DNA of 62,990 bases, filler included, from Reticulomyxa filosa (Eukaryota; Protista; Foraminifera), in NCBI GenBank assembly GCA_000512085.1. It is 10 parts of 10 records of this genome, joined end to end, with 100 filler letters (N's around TTAATTAATTAA, not from the genome) between each part and the next. Parts side by side here need not be neighbours in the genome. Positions count along the whole stretch, not along the records: positions 40,869 to 57,395 come from ASPP01009593.1; positions 57,496 to 59,485 come from ASPP01008626.1; positions 59,586 to 60,965 come from ASPP01003041.1; positions 61,066 to 62,990 come from ASPP01010129.1; 6 more parts are not named here. The stretch is one strand, 5' to 3'. The notes under the pieces are model-generated. The model saw only the letters and a list, made by a program, of their open reading frames with translations, was not told the origin of the DNA and ran no database searches. The translations under genes were made by a program, and so were the position numbers. Shown piece after piece: positions 50,240-62,990 of the stretch. The stretch's first letter is position 1, and the number at the start of each line of letters is the position of its first letter.

Positions 50240-53200
50240 TTACAAGGCGTGCACTCCAAATGTATGCTTCAAGACGATAGATGCAGCATGACAAGTGTCA
50301 ACAAGTGCCATTGAGTCATTTTTTGTGATTTGCAGCAACTGCCTGGACTTATTTCCTTGTTGGTCTTTGCTATCAAATGCACCAAGAATAGAAGCAACCC
50401 ATTCTTTAACTCGCTGTTTAGCAAGTATAGGTATTTGTGACTCTTCTGCTGCTTTGATTTCAGCGTGATGAACAGGACTGACAGTAAGGTGTCTTCCAAC
50501 CTGAACCACTACAGCATCTCTGTCTGGAAGCAAATCTAAATATTCTTGCGCTACTGTCAATTCTTTATGTAGGCTGTGTTCATATGATTCTTTATTCTTG
50601 GGATCACCTGGTGTCAACTCTGCGACAAATTTTATTGTCTCTATTCTTGGCAGCTGCTCCGTGATTGCCTATCGTAATACACATTCAAAAGCAGTAGTGT
50701 AATAGTACTATTAATGTATTGATATGATAATTAAAGAGATGACCAAAGAGCAAACATATTATTATATTAGGAGATGCCTTTCAACATACACTGACTGACT
50801 TTTTCGTCTTGATTTGCAAAGCAAGAATGAGCATATGCAATTTCAATAAAAGTTTGAACAGAAAAGCGGACAAAATATTCAAAGAAATCTTTCAGTTTGT
50901 CGTGTTGATAGATGTAAGAAAGTTGACATATTTCCATTAATCGATTAACATAATCAAAAATCGGCACAGTAGACAAGCGAGAAGCTAATACTCCAAAATC
51001 ACTATTTAACTTTTCGTCTTCTGCACTTAGGACATGCATTAGTGAATCATTGTTTTTAGTTTTCAACGCGGTTTCAAAGCCAGCGAGTGCACTCTTCAAA
51101 CACATTCATCAGCAAAACTTTTATATACAAACAAAAGAAGCAAAAACTGCGGTATTCGGATAGATAAGTATACGTTTAACTTTGGCTTGAGGCAATAATT
51201 GCTTAATTTCAGTGACAAAAGTAACCATATGCGACTGCGTTTTTTGATGCAGTTGCTTGACAAGGTCTTGGTTCTGTTCCAATTCGTTTTTCAAAGATTG
51301 TGTCTTTTGTATGTGTTGGCGTATCGACTCTTCGTAATTGTTTCGAATAGCGCTCATTGCTTCCAAGGTTTGATTTAAGTCTTTGAGATATTTTTCGTAA
51401 TAAGACAAATCGTTCATTATCCCATTGACTTGTCGTCTCGAGAGCTGTTCCAATTGATAGTTGAGACGATATTCCAATCGTGTTTGCTGATATAGCAATT
51501 GTTTCATTTGAGGACGAATTCGATTTTCCAAAGACGCATGATCGGCAATGATCTGTTGCAGCACTTCGATGGCATTGGCTTCTGCTTGTTCGCTCTCGAC
51601 GAGTCTTATACAAATCTGTTTCTTTTCACGTCTGCACACGCACAAATATGTGTATATAGAAATATTTTGCTATATCCTCGGTCCATTGTGTCAATAAGAT
51701 AGTAAAATGAAACAAACTGAAGTGCAGCCATTGTGGAAAAGTATTCTCGTTGAAACACTTGATATTCCTCAAATAATTGGATAAATCTGTCTTGTTGTTC
51801 AGGAGAGAGATTGGAATTGGACGACAGTCCTTTTTGGAATTCAATGGTAAGTTTCTCGAACTTCAAGCGTTCCAAAAGTGAGGAAGACAAATCTCCGGTC
51901 AAAGTCTGTTCATTTTCTGTCGATATCTGTTCTGATCCGGTCTTTGTGCCACCTCCATCAATATCATAGACTGATCCCAGCAAACCAGTATTTGATTTGC
52001 CTCTTGAATGCTTTTTCGATTTCGTCTTATTTTGCCCTCGTTTTCCTGTATTGGTATTTTTTCTTTTTTGTCATGCTTCTCTACTTCATCTTCCTCTTCT
52101 TCTTCCTCTTGCTCTTGCTCTTCTTCTTCCTCTTCCTCTTCCTCTTCCTCTTCATCTTCGTCATCATCATATATCGGTCGAGGTGGCAACCCACTCTCGC
52201 TGTATCGCTTTTGATCCAATTGCTCTATAATGTCCAAAGAAGCACGCACACACTCAATTCTCATTACATTATGTATATATACATTGTCCAAAGGATCAAA
52301 CAACACTTACTTTCTACGGCCAATGAAAGGGGTCCATGCTGCTGTCGTTCGTAAGAACTCGGTGCCATGGGAAATGGCGCTGGCAGAATGGTATAATCTT
52401 GTTCCAACAAAGGCAAACTATTGACATCTACTTCTGGGCCTGGGGGATGCAATTGAGAAGGTCGAATTGCAAAATTTGCCTAATAATATTAGAAAAAAGA
52501 GCAATGTAAATGTTGTTATCCAACACATATGAGTGTCAATAAAATCGAAACTTCAACAGAAGGGATTTTTCGTTGCAGAAATGAGATAAGCTCTTTTTCA
52601 GCAGTTTTTCTTCGTTGATGTTTTCCTATCAATGCCCTTTGCTTGTTTGAGTATACAAAAGAGAAGAAAACACGTTTGTTTATTCAATGTTCGATTTCGA
52701 TTGTTTTTTGGAAACAAAAAAAACTCAACAACATCTTGAAAATATCCATGGGGCACGATACCCCTCAGTTCCAAATCTCTTTGAGATGGTCGTTTATGCT
52801 TATCCAGTTTTTTGGATAAGCTATTTTGTAATAGCTGACGCTGAGCCACGCGTGGGGAAAACGAGGTCCCGTCCTCGCTTATCACACCTGCTTTCAATAT
52901 ACCTTTGGCAAACAACGTGGCCATTTCTGGTCGACTTTTGAAAAACAGTGCCAATTCACTCGCCGTTGACATTTGTCGTCCGTGTGTCTGCAAATGAAAA
53001 GAGAGAAGAGATATGTTTTAATTTTTTCCATTGAAAAAATGTTTATTAATTTTTTTAAAGTGATAACTGGAGCCCCCACATGGCCTACAGAAACCAATTC
53101 TCTGCCTTCAGGTGAATGTTGTTGAGAAAGCGCTTCAGATAATTGTTTGCTTTCGACGGCATCTTGTTGCATTCGTTGCATGAAGTTGCTTGGTATATTC

Positions 53201-55121
53201 ATCTTCAAAGTAATTTCGGGATCGGATCTCATCTCTTCCTTTTTTTTTTGGTTGAAACAAGTCCACACCAAATGATAGACACACATTCATTAGAATACAA
53301 ATGGATATGTTAGTGTACATAGTGCACAAACAAGAGTTGGTTGATATTTGACCAAATCTCGACTTGGCGAACTGTGATCAGACATATGAAGTTGATAGGG
53401 ATTTGGGGTCAAATTGGACGCGGCCTGTTGTTGTGTCTGTTGTGCCGATATCGAACTTTGGTTTGTCGATTGTGTGGACGTATGTTTGGCAGAAGCATGC
53501 GCATGCACATGGGACGGAAAGGACCCTTGTTCAAAGTCACCGTCGGGAAGATGAGGAGACAAAGTCGCGTCCCCTGGTCTTGGTCGCTGCTTGATTTTTT
53601 CTCCTAGGTGCAATGTGACATCCTCTCGCTGTTGCTTTTTCGATTTGATAACGTCGTCGTGATTTTGAACGAATTCCATTTCATCGACGAATGCCCTTTG
53701 CACAATTTCCTTTTGATCGGGGCGTTCAACCACACGTTGCGTCAATTTTTTTTTCACATCCGATCGTTCTTTTTTTCGAGCCTGCTCCACTTCATCATGA
53801 TCCTACGTTTGATATCACATGTCAATTATTGCGATGAAAAAAAAAAAAAATTGAAAAAATAACTTTTTCAAAGTCGTCTTTGTCCACAATGTGTCTTTGG
53901 ATTGCCTCTTCTTTTGGCATTCTTTGTTTATATTTGACTGCAAATTTTTTTCGAATATTGCGTCGTTTTGCTTTGACTCTATCTACCACGTCCTATTCAC
54001 AAAACAAACCCAATGTACCAACGCACATATGCAATATATACATATACATATGTATATATTGTATATATGTATATACAAACAGTGTCATATACAGTGTGTT
54101 GTATTAGAAAGAAAAACTTACAGGATCACTCAAAGATGGTTCAACTAATACCCCTCTTTGAAACAATTCTTGCGGTGTTGGTTGCATTTTCAATTTCATT
54201 TTTCGTTTGAGCTTTTCTTCAGCCGTGAGGAAATGCGTTTGCTTTTCTTTTTCTGCTTCGGTGTACTCTTTATCCGTATTAATTGTCGGAATATATTCCG
54301 CGGGAATCAACGACCTCGCTGCAATTTCATTGACTGTGATTCGTTGTGCGAGCTTCCACTCCAATCGATCAATACTTCGACTTCGCATCTTGTGATACAC
54401 TGGTCGATCCATATCTCGTCCACGGCGTGAGGTTGTACTGTGCCCATTCACTGCATTTGCATTATGTTCATCGTCATCCATTGTTGCTTCTGTCTTTTGT
54501 TCGTCTTCGTTAATCAGTGTTTCGCGCAGCCATTTCAAATATTTCACCAAATCCGGAGATACTTCGTTCGGCTCTGAGTCAGATATATCATCTGGTGTTG
54601 GCCTTGACTGTAGCGCATTTCGCAATTGGATTCCTATTATTCTTCGTTCTTTCATTTGAGTCTCCATTGAATCCCACTTTTGTTTGATTGTTTAGGGAGG
54701 AGGGAGGAGGGAGGAGGAGACAGACCCCAAAAAAATATATATTTATATCGTGCAGTAGAGCATATTGTCTTGTCCCGACCCCAATGAAAAATTCAAGTGT
54801 TTCGTTTGTCAAACTTCGTCTAAAAAGGCGTTGGGGGGAACTATGTTTTTCAGCTCCAAATCGTGCTGAGATGGCCGTGTCCTTGGATCCAAACGCCTTT
54901 TTAAGCACTCACTGATGCGCTTATGATCTTCACGAATCTTTTTTTCTTCTTCTGTCAGTTGGGACTTCTTTCGACGTTTTGAAGAACTGTTTGGATTTCG
55001 GTCATTGCTCACCGGAGACAATGTTGCATCAACCTATCCACTCACAAAGTCCATCAGTCAACTTCTTTTCATTTCTTTCGAGCATTTACCTCAAACATAA
55101 ACATACTGTTGGTGTGGTCAT
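50240..55121 (-). CDS. Multi-RPEL-repeat (G-actin-binding) protein with an acidic tract and C-terminal coiled coil, more than 10 exons
   Basis: RPEL-like units include LKRRLDPRTRPSQHDLELKNIV, LRNALQSRPTPDDI, LEWKLAQRITVNEIAARSLI, LTQRVVERPDQKEIVQRAFV, FKSRPEMATLFAKGIL and LSKKLDKHKRPSQRDLELRGIV. There is a frame break in an A-run at 52012-52070, and the start is uncertain. Confidence 0.8.
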
Positions 55122-55926
55122 TCTCTTTGGATATCCTTGCAGATTTATATAAAATCAAAGGGGCTGCAAACTCTCAAGGTGGTAACACATTCCTGCGCTC
55201 AAAAGTTATAAGAAGAAATGAATGTTTGCCACAAATTGAAAATTAGCGTACAGCAGTTTTAATATAGATATCAACAATAAATTGGACCACAAAAATCTAA
55301 CAATAACAAAACGTGCCATTTGTTTGCAACGTACATGCAAAAAATCGCTCTTGCACCACAAAGTATCCGGTTTGTCGAAAAGTCAAACAAATTCTAGTAT
55401 CTTGGCATAAAACAGAGTCACAATAGTCGCCAAAAAATAAACCAAAAAAGTAAATGGCTAAATAAAAACACAAACAAAGAACCGACATGGTGTAAAAATA
55501 AATTGATGCAAATGTGTTTACAGTATAAAAAATTTAAAAAAGGGAGAGAAAGAAATAAACCATTCATCATCAAATGCATCAATATTTGTCTTGTAAATAT
55601 ATTCAGAACAATTCCAAAAAAAATGTACATATGCATAAATATAAACATATATAGAAACCTTTTTTTTTTTTGTTGGTGTCTGTTTCTCCACAAAATAAGG
55701 GGAGGATAGTGGTTGTAAGTTCCAACAAAAAAATAAAAATATGAACAAACGAGTCAAGACACAATATCTCAAAAAAACAAGCAAAAAACAATCTTGTTCG
55801 TTTTAATTGCAGAAAAATTAGCACATTACAAAAAAAAAAAATTGATAACATGCAACATTTGACCGTTATGCGAACATGTACGTCACTATACTAGCACCGT
55901 GTGTATGTGTACAGGATACAAATGAG

Positions 55927-56880
55927 TTACAAAATAGAGCAACAACACTGTGTTGGAATGACAACAGCTGATTGCAAATAAGTGATAACGTTCTCTTCTT
56001 GTCTTGAAATCGCATAATCCAACGGCGTTCTGCCGACTTCATCTTCGCTATTCGTATCTGCCTGTTTCTTTTCCACGAGCAATTTCACAAATTCGATGTC
56101 GCCTTGCGCAGCGGCACAGTGCAATATGGTCACTCCATTTGCATAACTGCCGCTGACATTTACATCTGCTCCCAACTCAACCAATTTTTTCGCTGTGTTG
56201 TACCACTTCGATTCCACTCGGGATACATTATCCAGTGCATAGCTTTATTTTTTTTTTTTAAATTAATGTTTGGGGAAAAAACGAAAGGCTGTGACCACAG
56301 AGAGCAACTAGCCGCTACATACAATATACGTGTTTCCGCGCAATTGTTCTCATTCGTGTATGTGTTGTACACATGGGTACATTTATTGCAAAAAAAAAAA
56401 TAGAATAATGTATATAACATGCCTTAGTGCCGTTTTCATTTGTTGGTCGAATGTGTTGATATTTGCTCCTTTTTCATACAATAATGTAACCAGTTCCACA
56501 CTGCCGACAGAGGCCGCTTCCATCAGTGGAGTACGTTCCAATTTGTTGCCTTTGTTCACATCACAGCCATGACTTATCAAAAATGTTACCATTTCGATTT
56601 GATTGGCAAGGCAAGCGTGATGCAATGGTGTACTTCCATCAAATCCTTGGGCCAGATTCAATTGGACACCTTTGCTTATCAGTAAAGACGCAATATCTTG
56701 ATATCCTTTGCTTGCACACAAAAATATTGGAATTGTCTCCCCCAGCGCATTGTTTATGTGACAATTCGGATTGGCACCCTTCTCAAGTGCCTCTATCACT
56801 CCTTTCATATCTCCTCTGCGACAGGCGTTGCAAAGATCCATGTCAACAGGTTTCGCTTCCCAATGGTTATTTGATTTCAT
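55927..56880 (-). CDS. Ankyrin-repeat protein with C-terminal CAAX box (CCCSIL), 2 exons
   Basis: Ankyrin repeats GSTPLHHAC, RTPLMEAASVG, GVTILHCAAAQG and GRTPLDYA. GC-AG intron at 56422-56243. Confidence 0.92.
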
Positions 56881-57495
56881 ATTTATTTGGATTTGTCTTT
56901 TTTGTTTATTTTATGTCAATATCTTCCTTTGAATTGAAATGGATTGTAATATGAGGCGATCAAACCTTGTTTTTCGAAACTGGCTGGTACTTGCACTTTT
57001 AAAAAGAATATTTTATTGTGTAGTAATTTACTGAAACACAAACAGATTACTTTTCAAGACGTGCAAAGTGTTTAAAACACATAGATTGATTTTTTTTACT
57101 TGAAGAAAAAAAGACAACGTGTTAAATGCAAAAGATTATTATGATTTTTTTAAGAAAAAAATTATTAAAAAACATCAGGCTACAAAGAATAATGCATGTT
57201 TGGCACAGCAAATGTTGCAACAACATCATACTGTCAATACATTGGCGATCAAAAGAACAGAAACCCAAACAACAACAAAAAAGGTGGAAAAACAAAGAGA
57301 AAACATGAGAAAGAAGTGCGTTAAGGGAGGGAGGTGGGGGAAAAAAAAATGGCAAGGAAAAAAAAAAAAAAACGAAGAAAACAAGCACATCAAAANNNNN
57401 NNNNNNNNNNNNNNNNNNNNNNNNNNNNNNNNNNNNNNNTTAATTAATTAANNNNNNNNNNNNNNNNNNNNNNNNNNNNNNNNNNNNNNNNNNNN

Positions 57496-57532
<37 letters not shown>
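57496..57532. repeat. (TA)n microsatellite at the contig start
   Basis: Seen directly. Confidence 0.9.
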
Positions 57533-57541
<9 letters not shown>

Positions 57542-57559
57542 ATATATTGCATTGCTGCT

Positions 57560-57965
57560 TTTCATTTTTTTATAACTGTGACAAATAGTCAAAATATTGT
57601 TTGGTCGATTCTAATGACACTTCTGAAATCACTTTAATCTGATCCAAAAAAATCCATAAAGTCTTGGTAGTCCAACGTTTCGTCAAAGTCTTCTTCTAAT
57701 ATACGTTGCAGAGATTTTATTGGCTTTGGATCCTTTACCTTTTTTGATTTCTTCGTCTTTTTTGCACTTGGGGATTTGTTCATTGCTCCAATTTCTGGAT
57801 TACTGCTTATTACTGTTTCAAATCCCTTGTCCGTTATTTCTAGTTCCTTTTTTTTTTTTTGTTTGTTTTGTTGTCATTTGTTGGTTATTATTTCCAAACA
57901 AAATTTGAGCTGTTTTCTTTTTCCACAAAAAAACAGGTTACGGTTTCAAGGGGATTAAAAAGCAT
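57560..57965 (-). CDS. Hypothetical protein, 5' fragment
   Basis: MLFNPLET|intron|ELEITDKGFETVISS...SLQRILEEDFDETLDYQDFMDF. The frame is unresolved after a T7 run and the contig then ends. Confidence 0.3.
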
Positions 57966-60792
57966 CTTTCAAGTTCAAAGTGTATGCACACCAGCAACTT
58001 GAATGCTTGATTCAAAGGTATTAAAAAAAAAAAGTTCTACTTCGAAATATGTCCAACTTTTGTTCAAATATTTTCCCACCCACAGAATCTATTCTTTCCT
58101 TCACTGTTTTCCAGTAAACTTAAAAAGTATGCGCAAAACGAGTTCGAAAACCTACTCCAAACAAAAGGCGTTAACTTAAGCAATATTACAACGTTTGTGT
58201 TTGCTTTCAATATTGTTATAAACATCGATGAAAAGGTAATCATTCTAACTTTATGTACAAGCGACTACTTTATTGAGAGATGTGCTTTTATAGTGAATGC
58301 AGTAAAGTATTGCAGGAACAGCGAACACAACTGAAGTGTAATACGAATGAAATTTTGTTCTGAAGTAAGTTTTCAATAAAACGAAGTAAATTAAATAAGA
58401 GTAATCCACAAATTACAAAAGAAAACATACAATAAGAAAAATAAAAGTATCGTTGTAATATAGTGCTATCACAGCCTTAGTACTTTTCTACAATAATATT
58501 CAATGACTTAGATTATTAATATTTGTTGCATAACATAGCTAAACATAAATTATAGTCACAATAACCGTCTTGAAAAATTTAACAAATTTGATAGCAAGGC
58601 TATACTAGTTAGTGAAACTATAGTCTATTCTTCTTGTTTTTTTATTGAAAAGTTGTCAGATAGCAATAATTTTCGTATTACTTGTACCAATTAGACAAAA
58701 CACGTATTTTACATTGTAATTGGATTCTTATTTAATTTATTTTTGTTATCTTCAATGTATTTGTAATAATATTATCATGCTACCACTAATTATTGTCATT
58801 AACAATTACTTTATTTATTTGTCAATATTTTTCCAACTTGTCTATGTTTTGTTCACTTTTTTCATTTTATACATTGTTGGCTATGGCTTTCTCTATATTA
58901 CTTTAATGATATTTTCCTAATTGACTTTTTATATTGTTTTGAATTTAGCACAGTCTCTTTTGTGTTTTCCGCCAAAAATGTCGTAAGTTACTTGTCATTT
59001 ACAGTATTTTCACAATTTTCGACAGCATTTAAAGTAAATATTGAGATTTCTATCATTCTGTTGTTTTTCCGTTCAATAACTGCGTTTATATTAAGAAATT
59101 TCTTAAAATTTTTTAGTCAGGCGTTTCCCCAACGTGTTTGACCTTCAATTGAAAATTTAAAAAGTAAAATAAAAAACAAAAGAGTGGCTATGCCTGTTTT
59201 GCTTGTCGATGAAACGATACAACATAGAAAGATTCGTTGTGAATTTTGTTTGTGCGTGTCCTCTTTTCCTCTTGTTATGTCGAACGAAAGGGGTTGACAG
59301 CTAATGTGCATTATCAGATCATATGCAGAAGTAAACAAAAAAAAACTAGTAAAATTGTAAAATCATTTGTTAAGTGCTTGACTTTTTCATTAAAAAAAGT
59401 TTGCACAACTACTTGTAGGACAAGGATAATATTGAGGACACAAGCACTCACTAGCAAACATAATAATGCTGCAAAAAAAAAAAAANNNNNNNNNNNNNNN
59501 NNNNNNNNNNNNNNNNNNNNNNNNNNNNNTTAATTAATTAANNNNNNNNNNNNNNNNNNNNNNNNNNNNNNNNNNNNNNNNNNNNATATTGTTCTTCAAC
59601 ACAAAATTGCTGACACAAGCAGAAACGATTTGCACTTTTCCAACGGTGCAAATATATGTGAATATGACGATGCACACCAAGAACTAGAGTTGCGTAACGG
59701 TTTATTAGAATCAAAAAAGGCCTGGTTGTGACCTTTGTTTGTAAAGCATGCAATTGATATTACATGGTCGATTATCTGCAAAAAAAAAAGAAGCAACGCG
59801 TATTAGTATGAATATTGCCACCAATATTTAAAAAAGTCAATACTTTGCCAAGAATAAAAAGGAAAAGACTTTGACATGCGCAGAAAGAGCTCAAGAAATA
59901 TTATTACATTACTTTGGCATTGTAGATGTTAGATAGACGATGAAAAGATCGCTCCTTTGGCTACATGCTGCTCCACCTGCGAAAGATTATGTAAAACGTG
60001 ACTGTCGTTTTGCGAAGCAGTTCATTGAGAGTGCATGTAGAGGCAATCAAATTCAGCGCCAATCTAACTTCAAGTAAACAAAAAACAATCGTTCGAATTA
60101 ACGAAACAATACTTCAAGATGAATTTTTATTGTCATGTTCTGGTTAAACTCTTAAAAAAAAAACTTAGAGTTGATTTAATCTGATAAAATAATAGAATAA
60201 GAAAAAAAATATGCGATGTAAAATGACATCTAATAAAGAGAATTCACTTCTACTTGTAGCTGCTTTCATTGTTTGTTTTCGATGTTTTGCTGTAATAAAA
60301 TTTGTAATTGTTTTTTTTTCATCATAAGGCTTTTTTATCAATTGAAATAAAATTACAAAATAGCACTTTGTTTTGTACCTGCGTTAAATAAGAATACTTT
60401 ATACGAACAACAAAATTATAAGAATTATGAATCAAACAATGGGATTTTAAATTCTTGGAAAAAGATCAGTACTTATGTTTTCTTTTTGTATTTGTGAAAT
60501 TTGCACATTATTTTATTTTTTTTGATCGCCTTCAGAAAATAACTTTTAATTTGATGTTACTTTTTTATACGATATCAATTTTTTATCAGCTGCATATGAT
60601 GATTATTTGCAAAAGAAAAAAGATATCCGCAAATGGAAAGAAGTGCTTAATAAAAACGCAGTATACGTAGTGTAATTTGTTTGCCGATTGAAAGACGTGA
60701 TCAATAGAAGACAATAACAGTGTTTATTATGAATTGTGTGTGGAGGAAAAAAAAATAATCAACAGTCTATATATATTACACCAATTGTATTC

Positions 60793-60965
60793 TTATAAAT
60801 GCTTGTAAATGTTAGCAATAGCAATAGAAATCAAGAAAACAGAAATTATCCACATAGTAACAAGTTTTGGATTTTGTGCACATATAGCACACCCTCCGAA
60901 AGTGATTGCGATGATAATGACAGCAAAAATGCTAAAACATATGATTGCAACTACTGACTGTCTGT
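60793..60965 (-). CDS. 3' end of a membrane protein (two TM segments), truncated by the contig end
   Basis: Open frame RQSVVAIICFSIFAVIIAITFGGCAICAQNPKLVTMWIISVFLISIAIANIYKHL*. Confidence 0.4.
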
Positions 60966-61108
60966 NNNNNNNNNNNNNNNNNNNNNNNNNNNNNNNNNNN
61001 NNNNNNNNNTTAATTAATTAANNNNNNNNNNNNNNNNNNNNNNNNNNNNNNNNNNNNNNNNNNNNAAAAAAAAAAAAAAAAAAGAGGGTGGACATGACTC
61101 TTTTTTTT

Positions 61109-61456
61109 TTATATGTATGTATTTTGTTTTGCACAATTGTAACGTGATTGATACAATTCCAACAATTGATCTTTACTAAGCGTTGATAACTTGCGCGCTT
61201 CTGATAGCTGAAAATTTTCTCCTTCCGTGAATAGGCCTTGAAAAAAAATCCGTAACTCGTCCACCACAGTTGGCTTGGGCATGCTTCGGATTATCTCGGT
61301 AATGTCCACATTTTCCAGTGCACTATTTGTTGGCTCGTTTGGTGTAGACTGTGAAGATGCAGCTCGACGGCTTGCAAAAGATAGAGAAAAACGAGTAGTA
61401 TTTTGCGCAAGGGTGTACTTCTTCAACGAGATAAATGATCTTTTCCACATTACCAT
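61109..61456 (-). CDS. Hypothetical protein with a mitochondrial presequence-like N-terminus, probably first exon only
   Basis: Arg/Lys/Ser-rich, acid-free N-terminus MWKRSFISLKKYTLAQNTTRFSLSFASRRA. It runs into intron-like sequence at the contig end. Confidence 0.5.
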   Translation of the reverse strand: MVMWKRSFISLKKYTLAQNTTRFSLSFASRRAASSQSTPNEPTNSALENVDITEIIRSMPKPTVVDELRIFFQGLFTEGENFQLSEARKLSTLSKDQLLELYQSRYNCAKQNTYI

Positions 61457-61776
61457 AATGAATTTGACCCTAGGGGCAATGAAGTTTTTATTCTTTCTAA
61501 AAAAAAGCTCACTTTAAGTTACTTGCACAAAAAAAATATCTTTAATAACTCTTTTTCATTACGAAGAAATTGTCGACAGCTTTAAGCTGAAACATATATC
61601 ATGGTAGTATCAGTTTTGTTATTGCTATGATTGGACAAGAATTTGTTTTTATTGTGACTTATCCCTGCACAGACAAAAAGAAAACAGTATGATAAGTGCT
61701 AAAAGATTTTACTTTTAAGATAAAGAGGACAATTGTTTTTGCATTTTGCAAAACCAAATATACAACGTTTCAAAAA

Positions 61777-62936
61777 ATGACAGCGTCAGTTTTTAAACTT
61801 GGTTGTCGACCCTTTAAAGCAATGACTGACAGAGCATCATTGATTGCTGATGTTAAATTCGATAGATTGCAGGATTGGGATATATCTCCGTTGACATCTG
61901 ATGAAAATCAAGTCAATGAGAGCAAAAATGCTATCTTAGGTCGTGTTTGGCGTTTTGGAAAACAAAAACTTCAAAAAAGTGCAATTTTTTGGGGTGTACA
62001 TTCTTTTAGTTTGAGCAAAGCCTGCGTTTGGCCATATAGACTCAAATGAAGTAGCATCAGAGGAAGAAGAAGAAGAAGCAATTATTAATGAAGAAGAGCC
62101 AAAGCGGAGCAAAAAAGAAATAAAAGCGAAACGTTTGGCAGCAAATGACAAAAAGTCACAAACAGCGAAGGCGTGTGTTGACAACGACAGCCATGACAAG
62201 CACGGTGTGTTCTTTGTAGTTGTTGAGAGCAAGAGCGAGCCAGAGGGGAGAGGGGGGGGGGGAGGAGAGAAGAGGAAAAGGGAGGAAAAAAAAAAAGAGT
62301 GTATTAAAGTAGGAAGAGGGATGTGGATGGAAAGGTACGTTTTTTTTTTTTTTTTTTTTTTAAGAGAAGGTATCTATTCTTGAGTGTGTGTGTGTGATAG
62401 TTGAAGAGAGAGAGAGACAAATAACAACACTACAAAAAAAAAAAAAAAAAAGTCAAATTTGAAGACTTTTTAGGACAAAGCGTGGAAGAGCAATCATACA
62501 AAAAAAAGGAAGATGATTCAGCGAATAAAAATACGCATAACGATATTGACATAAGTAACATTTTCAAAGCTTTCGACGATATCATGATAGCGGCGATGAA
62601 TACACAAAGTTATCTTTCTCTTTTTTTTTTTTCCCCATTATGGGAGGAAGAAAGGGGGGGGGGGGGGAGGAAAAAAACACTCCTTTTTTTTTTAAAAAAA
62701 AAAAAAAAGAGCAATCAAATGAGCGACATGACGCACTGATGAGTAACGAAGAATATGAAAAGATGAAGAGCACGTTCCATGACGAAAATAATGTCCACAT
62801 ACCACCTCCGCCCACCAATAAACGTTCCATCCAAAATAGTACAACAACGTCGACGGAAACGAATAACCGTCACTTTGCGGATATGCGGAAGAGTGAACCT
62901 TTTCAACGTAATGCGAAAAAAAATGACCTCCCTTAA
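61777..62936 (+). CDS. Hypothetical charged low-complexity protein, multi-exon, 3' end uncertain
   Basis: MTASVFKLG... is joined through a phase-1 intron at about 61940-62015 to AKPAFGHIDSNEVASEEEEEE. Further exons lie near 62453-62610 and 62711-62936. Confidence 0.45.
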
Positions 62937-62957
62937 AAAAAAAAAAAAAAGAAAATT

Positions 62958-62990
<33 letters not shown>

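Noticed and set aside
57600-57720. RGS-like start (SLQRILE...FMDF)
   Set aside because: Too short, and the downstream frame is unresolved.
1-62990. Alternative genetic code (stop-codon reassignment) as the cause of broken ORFs
   Set aside because: Conserved exons read through under the standard code and end in normal stops. The breaks are explained by introns or single-base indels.

Overview
This window is not one locus. It is ten unrelated contigs joined by 100-bp artificial spacers (N44-TTAATTAATTAA-N44): 1-11064, 11165-12454, 12555-23833, 23934-37679, 37780-38998, 39099-40768, 40869-57395, 57496-59485, 59586-60965 and 61066-62990. Nine contigs are AT-rich eukaryotic DNA with short GT-AG introns full of poly-A/T/G runs. 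The style resembles a rhizarian or foraminiferan such as Reticulomyxa, but that is inference only. One contig (11165-12454) is high-GC bacterial DNA carrying pcp and the end of an RND efflux permease. Recognisable eukaryotic genes are an O-fucosyltransferase, a CCR4/Angel-type EEP nuclease with N-terminal La-motif-like repeats, mannose-6-phosphate isomerase, a tetraspanin, a carrier-like membrane protein, a HECT E3 ligase, a SAM protein, a bromodomain-ET protein, CDC50, mitochondrial ribosomal protein L47, a DnaJ protein, a 7TM protein, a multi-RPEL protein, a CAAX ankyrin protein and decayed LINE fragments. The best candidate for an undescribed system is the six-exon gene at 25534-28975 (-), which fuses a Ras-family GTPase to a PHTF-like seven-transmembrane domain, a family structurally related to insect odorant/gustatory receptor ion channels. 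Also notable are the La-motif/CCR4 fusion, a 56-aa Tom5-like spliced microprotein missed by the ORF track, poly-A 3' splice sites with fold-back introns, and recurring single-base frameshifts in homopolymers, which are probably sequencing error. All gene models were spliced by eye and family calls come from remembered motifs, not database searches.
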